A model generated the notes under the pieces. That model made no database searches. It worked only from the letters and a program-made list of their open reading frames with translations, and was not told the origin of the DNA. Of a DNA stretch of 64,000 nucleotides, positions 1-12,879 are shown one piece after another (position 1 is the stretch's first letter; each line of letters starts with the position of its first letter). The stretch spans positions 2,294,001 to 2,358,000 of the forward strand of contig CM007992.1 in NCBI GenBank assembly GCA_002189035.1, read 5' to 3'. The translations under genes and the position numbers were made by a program. This DNA comes from Utricularia gibba. Lineage: Eukaryota > Plantae > Magnoliophyta.

Positions 1-2
1 GA

Positions 3-1241
3 GTGGTTGTGAAGGGGGAGGGGATGGATCCTTTGAATTTATGCCAACGGATTCAGAAGAGAAGCGGCCGGAAAGCCGAAGTTATATCTCCAGTACCCAA
101 ACCGCCGCCTCAGAGCAAGCCGGATGAGACTAAAGCCTCCTCGAAACAAGAAAACACAAAGCAGGTACCTCATGAAATTTCAAATCTTGGCAATGTGAAA
201 TGGAAAACAGGGGACTTGTACAACATCAATGATCCTTAGTCTACTTCTTAGGGAAAAAATGAGTAGAGATTTTGACTGATTTGGTGGATAACTAGATTGT
301 GTTTTATTGTTCTTATGCTTCTCATGAGATTTATGCCCTGAAAACCCCCACTTTGTCAAGGTTAGTATGTTTCTATATGAATGCATGATAGTCTCGGGTT
401 CCATGAAAGTAACACTGGAGCAGAATTAAGGAAGGAGCCGTATGGGGACACTGACGGATGAGTTTCAGCATTTAGCAAAGAAATGGTAGTTCGATTCTGC
501 TGCATTCAATTATGAATGTCCCAACTATTGGCCCTCACTTTTCTATCAGTATACATTGCCCGTTGAAACAATTTGTAGAAGCTGAAGGTGATGTGGTCTA
601 TAGGATTGCAAGGATGACTCGTCTTCCATGTTGGGTCATATTCGCTGCCTCCTGTGGACCATAAGCATTATCTGCTTTTACTCGCCTAGTGACATGCTTT
701 TGGCTGATGCATCCTAGTGTAATGCGTTCATTGTTTGAATCTTGGTTTCATCATAGGAGACTCCATCCGCTGCAACCGCAGTGTTGAAAGTCAGAATGCA
801 TTGTGAAGCGTGTGCTCAAGCATTGCAGAAGAGGATTGGAAAAATCAAAGGTAGCTCTGTTTTATCTTTAACCACTATAAACTTTTCGAACTGAACCGCG
901 GGTGCATTCGATTTGCAGGGGTGGAGTCCGTGGCGACCGATACCAGTAAGGATCAAGTGACTGTGAAAAGTGTCCTGGAGAATGAGAAGCTGCTGACTGA
1001 AGTGTATAAGCGAACAGGGAAGCAGGCGACGATCGAGAAGGCGGAGGACAAGGACAAGAAGAAAGAAGAAGAGAAAAGGGGTGACGAGAAGCAAGAAGAG
1101 GAGAAGAAAACTGATGCAAAGAAAGCTGAAACGATCTCTCCATCAAAATGCTACTCGGAGGCTGATGGCACTGCAGCTGCTTACACCTATGCACCTCAGT
1201 ACTTCAGTGATGAGAATCCGAATGCTTGTGCGGTAATGTGA
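3..1241 (+). CDS. HIPP: Heavy-metal-associated isoprenylated plant protein (HIPP, two-HMA type), 5' end outside the window; exons <3-164, 757-850, 919-1241
   Basis: Spliced translation gives the end of HMA1 (VVVKGEGMDPLNLCQRIQKRSGRKAEVISP), HMA2 with MHCEAC (VLKVRMHCEACAQALQKRIGKIKGVESV), a K/E-rich linker and the HIPP terminus FSDENPNACAVM* with a CaaX box. Introns 165-756 and 851-918 are GT-AG. Confidence 0.93.
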
Positions 1242-4200
1242 TGAAGTTTCTCGGTATGAGATGCAATGCATATATATGATATGTATGCCCAGTAGTGTAT
1301 TTGTAAGAACTGAATAATAGCTTTTGTTTCTTTGATGTCAATCCATTACTTTTGAAGTTGTTAAATGTCTGATAATAATTTATATATATATATATATGTT
1401 AGGACGAGACTCACAACCACTTTTACATAATAAATTCATATAATTTAAATTTTTAAATAAAATACTAAAACATAAAAAGGATAAGAAGCTAACAATAAAA
1501 ATTAACATAGAGTTTTTATATTTGTATAATTTAACGAAAAACATTTTTTAAGAAGTGATCTTGAAAAAATACAAGTTAGGTTTTCTTTTGCAGATAGTTT
1601 ATTATTTTCTAAAATCGTTTCTAAATGTTTAAGCTTTTTAAAATATAATTTAATTATATTTAATAATAAAAAAAATTTTAATATTTTTTTATAAACAATA
1701 TGTTTCAAAAAATAATATAAGGATTGGACGAAACACGCCGCTTCCGTAACAGCAAAGCAATTTGGATCCCGTTTTTGTGTTGCCAACGTCCACCGTCCAC
1801 GGCCACCGCCCACGCCGGCACCTTTTCCTTCAACGGCGACCAAAGAGCAGAATGGCAGTAAGATTGTGTTTCGTGTGTTCTGGATTTCAGGGATTTCTTG
1901 AAGGAGGGGAGATGGTTAGGGATTTGGATTGTATGTTGTCTCATCAAGCATTTGCGTAGAATTATGCGAATCAATGGATATCATACTTTTAACATATAGA
2001 TTCAGGCTCCATCGTCCTATGAGTTTGTGCCTAGATTTTCATATATACTTTCTACCTATAAAAAAATGTGACTTTCTATAAATCATGAAACCTTTGATTT
2101 TTATATATTATTATAATAAAAATTATAATAATAATAATAAAATTTTAGAAAATAAATATCATATTTGTGGTCTTACTCTGAATTTTTAGAACGATATTGA
2201 AATTGAAATTATGATTTTTTTCTGATTCTCGGATTGATTTAACTTTGGCAAATGAATCAATACCTATTGTGATATGTAATGGGTTGAACCCAGAGAATAT
2301 ATTGGCATTAGATCCAAATCCCATTAGTCTTACAGTTTGAAGTGTAATTATAATATTACACATATATTATTATTTCATGTCAATTGATCTATAACCATAT
2401 AATGATGATAGTTGATTCTTCAATTCATCAAATAATATGACTTTCAAAGATTATAATAATGATTGGAGGTTAATGATATGTGTGATATACGTTATGATAT
2501 TTTTAAATATTTCAATCGAAGAAAATTTTTGGGATAGATGGAAAATTAATCTTCATCAAAGGAAACTTTATATGAAATGATTTGTGTTTCTAATCTTCTT
2601 AACTAGATGAAAAAAAAAGAATGATTGAAGGTAAAAAAATGTAAAAATTAAGAAAACCATACTTCAAAATGTAAAATATAAAAATACAGAAAACAAATGC
2701 TTGAAGATAAAGAATGAAAGCAAAAAGAATTTTTAAAATAACAGACAATGTTATTTTCATAAATTGAGAAAGATAGTAATTAACATGAAATTATTTTAAT
2801 AATATTATGTTGTTAATCTAAATTTTATATATTTAGAGAAATCATCTATTTATTTCCAAAATGTAATGATAAAATAGAAAAAAACATTTTATTATATTTA
2901 TTTATGCTTATATTTTAAATAATGTATAAAAGAATGCTATGATATATAAGTGCAGTTAAATGGATTCATTGATTCACAGATGGTGTGTGTTAAGGTTATT
3001 TTAATTTATAATATTTAAAGTATATAAATTATTTTTATAAAATTAAAATAAAATAAGTTTTAATCAAAAATTGTATATTCACAAAAAAAAATTAAAATGA
3101 TAACTACAGTGGATGAACGATCATCGAATATTTGAGATAAAGATGAACAAAAATATAAGAAAATGAAGTGAATGTATTATGATTTTGATTAGTTAATTAA
3201 ATGAGTAAATATTTATTATTAAAATTTATGATTAAAAATATTAAAATAAAAAAAAAACAAATAAAACAAACAGCGTACGGGGGATTCACACTCGATTCAT
3301 CGCACCTACGCACTAGGTGCACGAGAATCATCAATTGCAACAAATCAATGATACCCAGAAAGAATGTTTATTAGAAAAATATTTATGTATATTTAGAAAT
3401 AAAATAGAATAACAAAATCACATAAAAATATTTTTTTATTATTTTTTTAATTTAGATAATGATCATGTTTATAACAATATTCACACAATGGTCACTTTTG
3501 TCATATACAAGTGACACTGCGATCATTTATCTAAAAGATCTCATGCATTATCTGATATTTTTCTTGAAAATGAGGAGGAGAGCGATGAAAACATGCAATC
3601 TATCTCTTCATTCGACTTTTTACAGCTACAAATGCCAGAAGAAGGGGAGAAAGAAAGTGATTTTCTTGGTCATTCAAATGCATGAATGGAAGGTAGAGAA
3701 ACACCTCCAATGTTCTTGGGTTTTTGAGTTCATTTTATCTTGACAACCTTTCCCGTTCAAATTTCTATATTGGATGTGTAAGCACTCCTAATTTAAATGT
3801 TGTGTGAGGCCCTAATTTTTGAGTTCTTGATCACCTTCCTCAAAATGCCTCAAAAGTCATATGATGGTACAGAAATCATAATAAAAATAGTCATATGATG
3901 GTAATTGATAGATTTAATACAAATTTCAGTATTTGATCTTTAATGATGGCATGTATATATATAAAAAAAGATATTTGTGAGAAATGTTTATTGTTATGAT
4001 ATATTTATTTTCAATATGGATTAGAGTTGTGTTAACTTGTGGGAGTTGTAAGCTTTTACTCATGTTCTTTCATTTTTCTTGCTTGGTGTTATCAATTTAT
4101 TTATTATAAAATTCTTTAAGGTCTTTTTTTTGTAAACAATACAAGGCTTTTATATGAAATTACTAAATTTTGAAAAATTGATAAATGAAATTGTGAGCTC

Positions 4201-4671
4201 AGTTAAATTGAAAAATTTTATAATGGATATTAATCTTGCATTACTTTAAAAAAAATACGTCTGTTTTGTTTGTGATTAAATTTTTATGTGATTTTGATAT
4301 AAAACTTAGGTAAATTTATCTAAAACTCTCATTCGAAGGTATTTTTTACATATTCACAGTAGTTTTGAAAGTTTATGCTTAGTACTTAAGCCATATTTTC
4401 CTTTGAAGAATGGCATTTGCAGGGTGGATTGATTTTAATATCTCAGTTTTCAATACCTCCAGAATTTTCCCTAGCAGCATTTGGATGAATTCTTTTGATC
4501 AGCATGCATATTTTGTACTTAAGAGGGGAAATATTTTGACAACCACACATATTAGAAAGAATATATTGATAAATAAGTATAGAAAATATTTAACATTCAT
4601 ACAATTTAAACATTATATTAAATGGATATTATTGTAAAACCCAAATCCAAACACTTCCTTATGTTTGTGTG

Positions 4672-4935
4672 TTAAAGAATAAGCCACGGACCCAAAACCC
4701 AAGTGACGAAGATAAGCCACCGTGCCGACGCAATGACGCCGTTGTTGCAGTTACTCGTGACGACACCGTGGGCAACCCCACCGGGAATTATCCTGCCTCT
4801 GCTAACGCTTCCACTTCGACTTCCACTTCCAACGCCACCACCGCCACGGCCGCCCCTCGCTCCGGCGGAGTAGGAGGCGGCGAGAAGTAGGAATAGAAGG
4901 AATACGCATTTGAGACTCGTCGACATCGTCATCAT
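4672..4935 (-). CDS. Small secreted glycine/arginine-rich protein (87 aa), possibly GPI-anchored
   Basis: Intronless, GC-rich ORF in AT-rich flanks. It has a signal-peptide-like N-terminus (LKCVFLLFLLLAASYSAG), a Gly/Arg-rich core (ARGGRGGGGVGSGSRSG) and a hydrophobic C-tail (WLIFVTWVLGPWLIL). A TATA box lies 60 bp upstream. Confidence 0.7.
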   Translation of the reverse strand: MMTMSTSLKCVFLLFLLLAASYSAGARGGRGGGGVGSGSRSGSVSRGRIIPGGVAHGVVTSNCNNGVIASARWLIFVTWVLGPWLIL

Positions 4936-4994
4936 CTTTCCAAAGGGTGGCTGAGCCTGGAAGGAAGAAAGCTTTTATTCTTGAGTTCTACGCG

Positions 4995-5001
4995 TTATAT
5001 A
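4995..5001 (-). promoter_or_regulatory. TATA box of the small secreted peptide gene
   Basis: TATATAA on the minus strand 60 bp upstream of the ATG at 4935, followed by a pyrimidine-rich leader. Confidence 0.5.
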
Positions 5002-5712
5002 ATATAAGATCACGGCTTTCTTTTTCTTTTTTTATTTCATTTTTTCCATTTTGTAGTTCTTTTCTTGCGAGGATTTGCCGTGTGGGCATCTCCTTTGTTG
5101 AATAATATTAGCTAACACGTTCAGGAAGATTCGCGAGTGATTAGACCTTCTCCGTTTCCCAGAAACTACAAATTTAAAATGTACTTGTGTGACTTCATAT
5201 CTCAATTTACCCTCAAGAAAACACAAAAAAACACCTGCAATCCATATGATTCTTTTTGTTTATCTGTGATCTTTCTTATTGGAATATTTTATTAATTATA
5301 TCAATAGGTATAGAGGTTAGTGTTTTTATCAATTAAAATATTGCTTGATATTTTATAAGTGTAGTTGTACATAGCATGATGAATGAAAAAGTCTCCAGGA
5401 CCTATTTGTAAAAGTAATGAATTGGTAGGTTTTGATTTCATTTCAGGATATGACTCCCCTGCTTTTTTTTAATTGTCTTGTGATGGGTAAAGAAGAAGAG
5501 GGAATTTGAGTTTCGCATGATAAGGCTTCTTTGTTGACTCGGAGTCAATGACTCCCATGGAGGTTCCCAGCGCCCCACTTTTGAAAAGACTTTGCAGTCT
5601 TTTTGATGACCTGGGCGAGAGAGTACAATTCCCTGGTGCAAAGGATTGAATTTCTCTGAAATCCATCCATCAAAATAGAAATTGAGGGGCGAGTATGCCC
5701 TATCCATATCAG

Positions 5713-6964
5713 CTTACAGGAGAAGCAAGGTGTCGCGGGATGAAGATGACTCTGCCAGATCAAGGCATATCCGATAAGTTTATATTGTTGGAATAAAGAT
5801 ATTAGAGAAAGGAATGACAATTTCATATTGATAGTTGAAAGTCATTTTAATTAATTTATATGAAAAATCAATATATTAACTTTGATGTATTTGAGAGTGA
5901 GTTAAGACTCGTATGCATGTAGAATTTTAATTTGTTTAATCGAATTGAGGTTCTGGAATGCCTCAAAACCCAAAAAGACTACGCAAACGAGGGGTGTAAA
6001 CCAACTCCAGCCAGGTCGCTTGCTACAAAGTATCTTCACCAACTCAGTATTGTCCGACTAAGACAAACGAAGAAAAGACCCATGGCATCGCATAGTTGAC
6101 TCCTATGTAGCTTCCTCTGTGATTTTGTAAACCTCCCTTGTCATAATTCATTTGTTATTTACCTTTTTTAACAATTTTTATTGATAATTTATATTAATTA
6201 TCAATAAAAAATTTTTGTTAAAAAAGTAATTAGTTGAATAATACATGTTTTAAATCATTAATCAAAGTATTTTTATGAATTCTTTTAATTAATATTATTC
6301 ATGATTTATATTTATATATGCAAATATAATGAGTAGTTTGATCAATATATTAAGATATAATTGGAATGTAAAACGCAAAATGATATTATTTGAATACAAA
6401 TTTATATTTTTTGTTTTAAAATAATATTTAAATAGAATACATGATATCTAAAGTAATTTGAATAAAAATTAATTTTAAAAAATTATAAATATCATTAGAT
6501 ATCAATTCATTAAATAAGTTATAAATAAAATAAAATTAATTATAAAATTGTTATTAATGTTATAAAATATAAATAATTAATATTGATAATTTTAATTAGT
6601 ATAATATACATATTTTCATATAAAACACTAAAATATAATTTATTGAATGTTATTTGTATTTGTTTATTTTTTTTTTAAAAAAATGAAAATACAATACATA
6701 CTTTGTATTTGTACATTTTAAAATAAAAAAAATTATAATACATATATAAATATAAGTCATGAATAAAAATAATTAAAAGAATTTATAAAAATCGTATTTG
6801 ATAAATGATTTTCAAATATGTGTTATTCAAGTAATTAATTTTTGGTAGAGTGTTATTTAACTAATAAACTCCAAGTAGGCCCTCTCCAAATGATCTTACA
6901 CGGAAAGCAAGGTGTTGCGGGATGAAGATGACATTGATTTTAATAGGTCAATACATATCCGATA
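5713..6964. repeat. Dispersed direct duplication (copies 5713-5776 and 6895-6964)
   Basis: cttacaggagaagcaaggtgtcgcgggatgaagatgac vs cttacacggaaagcaaggtgttgcgggatgaagatgac (34/38 identical). Both copies are followed shortly by catatccgata. Confidence 0.7.
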
Positions 6965-7088
6965 CGGTTATATATCTAATGAATGCCCTCGACAGGGCGG
7001 CCCCATGAACATGGTTTTGTCTCCATCTTAAGCAATGCTTCCAAATGCAGAGAAATTGAAAGGAAAAAGAAAAGCCGTAGTAGGAAAT

Positions 7089-7701
7089 GCCCTGTTTAGA
7101 TGTACTTTCAGTTTTTGTTTGACAAAATAGATGATGTTTAAAAATGGTTTCCAAAATAGATAATGTTTGAGTTTTGGTTTACAAAATAAATGAGTTTCGA
7201 AATTTTATAAAAACGATTTATCTAATTATTGTTAAAAATTATTAAATAAATAACTATATATTATTTTCATAATATTTCAAAATAATGTATGCTATTTAAT
7301 ATATATTTAAAAAAATTGCTAATACAAATAAGTTAATATTACTATAAATTCCTTATAAATAATTACATATATTTAATTTAGAAAATAAAAAAAATAATCA
7401 AGTTATTATATATAAACCATTTGTTTAAATTTAAATAAATGTAAAAAATTATTTATTTATTTTTAATGATTTGTAATTTAAATTAATTAAATATTAAAGC
7501 ATTATTTAGATATAATCAATTCATAAGATTATTTATTGTCATTTAAATTCATAGAAAATAAATAATTAAATAATTACAATTTAATGTTTTAGTAACATCA
7601 TTTATTTATCAAACCAAAAAACAAACATCATTTATTTCATTAATTATTTCTAAACCTCATCTATTTTGGAAACCAAAACAGAAAAGTGCATCTACAGAAG
7701 C
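7089..7701. mobile_element. MITE (Tourist/PIF-like) with ~60-bp terminal inverted repeats
   Basis: Left end gccctgtttagatgtactttcagtttttgtttgacaaaatagatgatgttta matches the reverse complement of the right end (gcttctgtagatgcacttttctgttttggtttccaaaatagatgaggttta). The interior is extremely AT-rich. No clean TSD was seen. Confidence 0.6.
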
Positions 7702-7929
7702 GACTGAGCCGTTCAATTTGGGCAGTTATATAAATAAATTATAATATTTTGAATTAAGTAAAGGAGATAATTTTGTACTTTAGATAAAAAAAACTGCAAA
7801 ACTCATCCTATTTACATTCACATATCATATATCTTATAACCTTAAATCCAAATAAGTTGTACTTGTATACCAAATATGAACTTCCTTTTATATAGTCAAA
7901 ACACATTTATGAAAAATCAAATAAAATAA

Positions 7930-10559
7930 GGGTCATGTTTGGTTTTGGAGCATCATATTTCATTTTTTATGATAATAGTTCATCACGATACAAAATTGTT
8001 ATATTATAACATTGCATTTTAAATATTATTGTATCAGAACATTACGTTTAAAAAATTATTTTATTGAAATATCAAGTTTTAAAAATTCCTCTATTAGAAC
8101 ATTATATTTTAAAAATTACAAAAATAGTGCATCATATTTCAAAAAAATTATAAAATAGTGCATCACCTTTTAATAGTTATAATTTTGGTTTTTTTTAAAA
8201 AAAATTCATTTGATACTAGAAAATAAGAAATCTATCTTGTTTACAAACTATGTGATAGAGCTATATAATAAAAATTATGTAACATATTTCAAAATAAAAT
8301 AAAATTTTATTCAATTTAAAAATATCGTGAGAACTATTTTAATAAAAAAAACTCAAATATGTAGGTCCATTAGTGTTCATCACTAGTTTTGGGACTTAGG
8401 GCAGCCCTTGTACCATTTACAATTAACAAGCTTTACTCAATAGCACCCATCTATCATCGTTAGACCTTAACTTTTGATTACTTTGGTTAGATTTCTAGAA
8501 CCCTTTATCATTATCAAACCTTATATTTCATTGACATTGGTTATATTATTATATCTCTCTATTATCACCCATAATGGAGATACTGGCATGATCTTTTCAA
8601 CATATACCCTTTCATAAACACAAATTTCAAACTTTTGGATAAAAAAAGGCAAAACCATTGGAGGGTATCCACTATCACCATGTTATTTCAGCTCTCAACC
8701 TTTTCTATAAATCATTAAATTGTATAAGATCCATTTTAAAATTATTTTTTAAATAATAAATATATTTTATTTAACTAATATCAAAGCAAAATATGAAATT
8801 TCTATCATTAGATCGAGACTACTTTTTTTCAAGAATATCTATAAAGTGAAGTGATAAGTAATTTTGTGTCATTTATATTTATGACTTTTAGGATTTACTT
8901 ATATAGGTTTTACATACTTTTTATCTTAATTTTCTTATATTTTTAGAAGAATTTTATATTTTTTATTTTACTATGATCTTTTTAGATGAAAAATGTGTTT
9001 TGCGATTTTTCAGAATTATTTTAGCATAATTTGAAGAATTTTCGAGTTGACTTTGATGGAGTCAAAGATTTGATCTATTCGGATGAAGACTCGATCAAAG
9101 ATTATCGGATAAGATAAGATTCGCATCTTATTTTGAAAAATTTATATAAAATCTTAGAAGATCTTGACTGAAGATTTAATATGATTCCATTAATAAAGCC
9201 CGACAAGTCCTTACCATTATATGAAGACCATAACCTGAAGATCAAATGAGAGAGTCATTCAAAGTCAATTTAGGGTTTAGAATCGAATCCAACATGTTTT
9301 AGATTCTTTTCCTTTCTTTTTTCATCAACTTTTGTTGTTTAGAGTCAAGCATGCACGTGTGAGTGCTTGCGATTGAGGATTTGCGGTGAAGTCTTGCTTG
9401 AGCAAGTCTTACGAGTGTGACTGTCTTATTATATTTTTTTAGCATTTAATTTGAGGTTTGATTCTGTTTTTCGCAATGTTTTCTTTTTCAACGTGATCTT
9501 TAGTATCATATAACCCTAAAGAAGTATGAGAAAATCAAAGATTGATGTCAAGCACCTAATGAGAAGAGCTCAATCGGATATCGTTGGTAAGACACATTCT
9601 TTCTAATATGTATGCGAATTGAGAGATGTAGGGATTAGATTTGAATGTGGAGGAAAACATGAGTTATCACAAGAGATGAAATGGCTCTGGTGGCACCCAT
9701 AATTTTATAAAACAAGGGACACCCATAACGATCATTGAGTAGCATTATTTTAGAATAACACCTCTAAAGCTTGCACAAGTAGTTAAGTCTTCAAGGTTTG
9801 TACATACACAAGAACGAGTTTTAAGCAAGTTGGATCTCTGATTCAATACCACTTTTCTTATTGTATTTAAAATCAAATCTTTATTTTGTTTTTAGTCTTT
9901 TTAATCTTTATTTTAAAAAAAATTCCAATAACAATTCTTTATGGATACAATATTATTTTATTACTTCGACGGCTTCTGTACACTTACATTATTATCATCA
10001 TGTAGCTTTCAAGAAAAGTGATATTGTAATTGTCCGATGTCAATTGAATCTTTAGCTAAATTTATTGTTTATTTAATGTAAAAAATTATTTAAAATTCAA
10101 ATCATTGTGAAAATAATGTATTAATTTTATAAAAATGTATATTCAAAATATGTATCATACAAACTTCGTAATTTTTTGAAATGTACTGATTTTTTTAAAA
10201 TTAAAAAACTAAAACTTGCATTTATAAAACGTGATGTATTATTAGCGTAACTTTTTAAAATGTGATACACTAGTAATATAATTTTTGAAACTGTGATGCG
10301 TAATTAGAACATTTTTCAAAACATAGTGTCTAAACAGTAAAATATTTTAAATATGATGTTCTATTTAATTCATTTTTCAAACGTGGTGCACTCTTATATT
10401 AATTTTTAAAACGTGATGAACTATTTTGATATTTTTTGCAATGTGCTGCATTCTTTCATAATTTTTTAAACATGATATATCATTATGGTTAAATTTAAAC
10501 GTGATGCATTACAGGAGCAATTTTTTGTAAGCATGATATATCAAAAATATGATTTTACC
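7930..10559. mobile_element. Non-autonomous foldback/Mutator-like element (MULE) with subterminal ~32-bp tandem arrays, carrying a nested solo LTR
   Basis: Perfect 9-bp TSD ATAAAATAA (7921-7929 and 10560-10568) and GG...CC termini. Degenerate ~32-bp repeats (tagtgcatcac / gtgatgcacta-like) occur in opposite orientation at ~7950-8340 and ~10150-10555. Confidence 0.75.
8852..10000 (+). mobile_element. Solo LTR (Gypsy-like), 1149 bp
   Basis: Starts TGATAAG and ends ATCATCA. Flanked by TGAAG (8847-8851) and TGTAG (10001-10005), a 4/5 TSD match. No coding interior. Orientation inferred from LTR composition. Confidence 0.75.
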
Positions 10560-12535
10560 ATAAAATAAACTTAGGTTAGAATCCAACACACTAACCAAAC
10601 GATCTCCTAATGAACCCAGGTAACCAACGAACTAAAAATGATCATAGAACCAAACAATTAAAGGCGTTGACCTTTTTGAATTCAAAATGAGGTTCTCCAA
10701 TTCCTTTTGTGATGCTTTTATTTGATCCCCAAGTGCCTTTCGCACGAACATTTCGAAGTTATTTTACAACATAAGACGTTGTTTTTCATAAATCTAAATA
10801 GCAATTGAGCAAAATGGAAGAAGCATAATTTTGAGACACACTACAACTTCTTCATTTGAACTATTCTGTCTGACATAAAAGATCGTTAACCTTTTAGGCA
10901 CATTCCAATAGTCAGCTCTCTTAAATAAAACAAACAGACCAAAAGAGCTTTTTAATACTTTAGGAGAGCTAAAGACCTTTTATGCATTCTGATTTTCATA
11001 ATTGATTTTAAGTCTTGAAAAAAACTAGTGGGACGTAAAAAAAAAAAATAAAGATAGACTTAAAAAGATTAGATAGGTTAAATAATAACTCAAAGGCAAT
11101 TTCTCAGGCTTTTAGAGGTAATATGCTCACACTAGTTCCTATCTTCATCTTCTAAAAAAATTAACTAATACAATAAGACTCACGTGTAACTGAGCTTTTT
11201 CTCTGAATTTTTTATTTTAGATTTACTAATTGTCTTAGATCACCTTACGTGTAGATTTATATCAATTTGCAAGTTACATAATACTAAATCTATCTATTTC
11301 TATTGATCTCTATAAAAAAAAACCTTACATATTAAATTATTCCTAATTCTTTGCTTTACCTGTAAGTTAAGTTTATTTAGTTAGGTGTAATAATTTTTTT
11401 CTTCTCCTAGATACATTTGGTTTCATAAAGAAAAGAATATACAACCTCAATCAAATTACACTCGAAATAAATGAGCACACTCTCTTTTTCCCCTAAGGCA
11501 TAACCCTTACTCAACTATTTATACTAAAAATATGTAAAATATTTTCATAAATGAAAATAAGAGCATATTCATAGTCATAATCCTGAAAAAATATGATAAA
11601 AACAAAAAAAATAAAGTTAAATCTTGAAAATACTAAGCAGTCGATTCTGTTTCCACATTGAACTAATGATTTGGAGCAAAAATTTTGAAACTGAGTTGAT
11701 TTCTTCAATCGGGCAGAGATTTTTTCATTTTCTTCATCTAGTTGTCATTTTCCCCTCTTTAGGAGTATCTGATTTAGTAAAACCCTGCTTCAAACTCCTC
11801 TCCCTAGGGGTTGTAAAGAAAATGTTTCCATTTCTTTTCTTTTTCTTATTCGTCCGCTATCCTTTTTAATGTCTCTCAAATCACCATATTTTCATGTGCT
11901 ACTTGGTATTTCTTTTTTCCAAAATTCTTCCTAACATCTTCTTTCCGTAGCTTCATCCTAGTAGCGATGTATCTTTTACCTCCCTCTATTGTTTATTGCT
12001 GAAATTTCTATCATGCTCTCACATTGTGTTACTCTCCACAAGTGTGAACTGATGTTGGAATTGATTGACCCTTTAATCTTGATGGTAAGAATCAAAAAAT
12101 AAACATTAGATCATGGCATGGACTGAGTCAATGATTTATTTCAATTTTGTGAATAAGAATCTATATTAAGACTACTAAACCCATGAAATTCTTATTAAAA
12201 ATATTAAATTTTAATAGCTAACATATTCATTTCCTTCGTGAAGAAAATTATGTGTCATAGCTCTAGCAAGGAATGACATTTGCAACTCAATTTTACGCAT
12301 ATCTTCATCACTTCATTCACGGTGGATGACGAATTACTCATTGTGATTGCACTCTTCAAATGTGAAGTGAAATGAGGATTGAAAAGGGCACAAGTGAAGT
12401 CACAAGTGTCCTTAATTTCATGAAAAAGTGCAAGAAAGTCATATATGTGTACTTTATTTTCAAGATAAATAAAAGAAATATGAGAAAATATTAAACAAAA
12501 AATATAATTTGTAAAGTAAAACAGAATCACACTGA

Positions 12536-12690
12536 TGCTGATAAGGGCATACGACCCGTGGCAATAAGAGCATGGGTTAGTGTGCTAATAAGGGTACGGG
12601 CTATGTAACCCATACCTATGCCAATAAGGGTGTGGGTTATTGTGCTAATAAGAGCATCGGTTACATAACCCATGTAACCCATGCCCTTAT
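12536..12690. repeat. Degenerate short tandem array (aataagggcatgggtta-like units), probably retroelement internal region
   Basis: At least four aataag(g/a)g(c/t)a/gt...ggtta units, ending with the inverted unit catgcccttatt. Confidence 0.5.
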
Positions 12691-12879
12691 TAAAATAAAA
12701 ACCCATGCTACATATCTTTTTTTCTTGGAAATAAAAATCAAATTTACAAAGGTCAATACGAAACACATACACTCAATAAATCAACTGTTAAAAGGAATAC
12801 ACGAAAATGAGGTCCAAATCATCCACCTTCATTGAATTGCGTAAATGATCCTCATTATTTGATCAAACCCATTCAAATC

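Noticed and set aside
816-1194. Minus-strand ORFs 816-1094 and 868-1194
   Set aside because: Antisense shadows of the K/E-rich HIPP exon.
3300-3335. Helitron 3' end (gcacct...aggtgc hairpin)
   Set aside because: A short hairpin is present, but there is no CTRR terminus at the expected distance and no identifiable 5' TC end.
3459-3780. Coding-like acidic stretch (ENEEESDENMQS...)
   Set aside because: Interrupted by stops, with no start, splice context or family motif that I can recognise.
4669-4890. 73-aa plus-strand ORF
   Set aside because: Antisense shadow of the signal-peptide ORF; no real ATG start and no promoter evidence.
10590-12250. Possible further Gypsy internal fragments
   Set aside because: Composition is suggestive, but no diagnostic motif or boundary could be read by eye.
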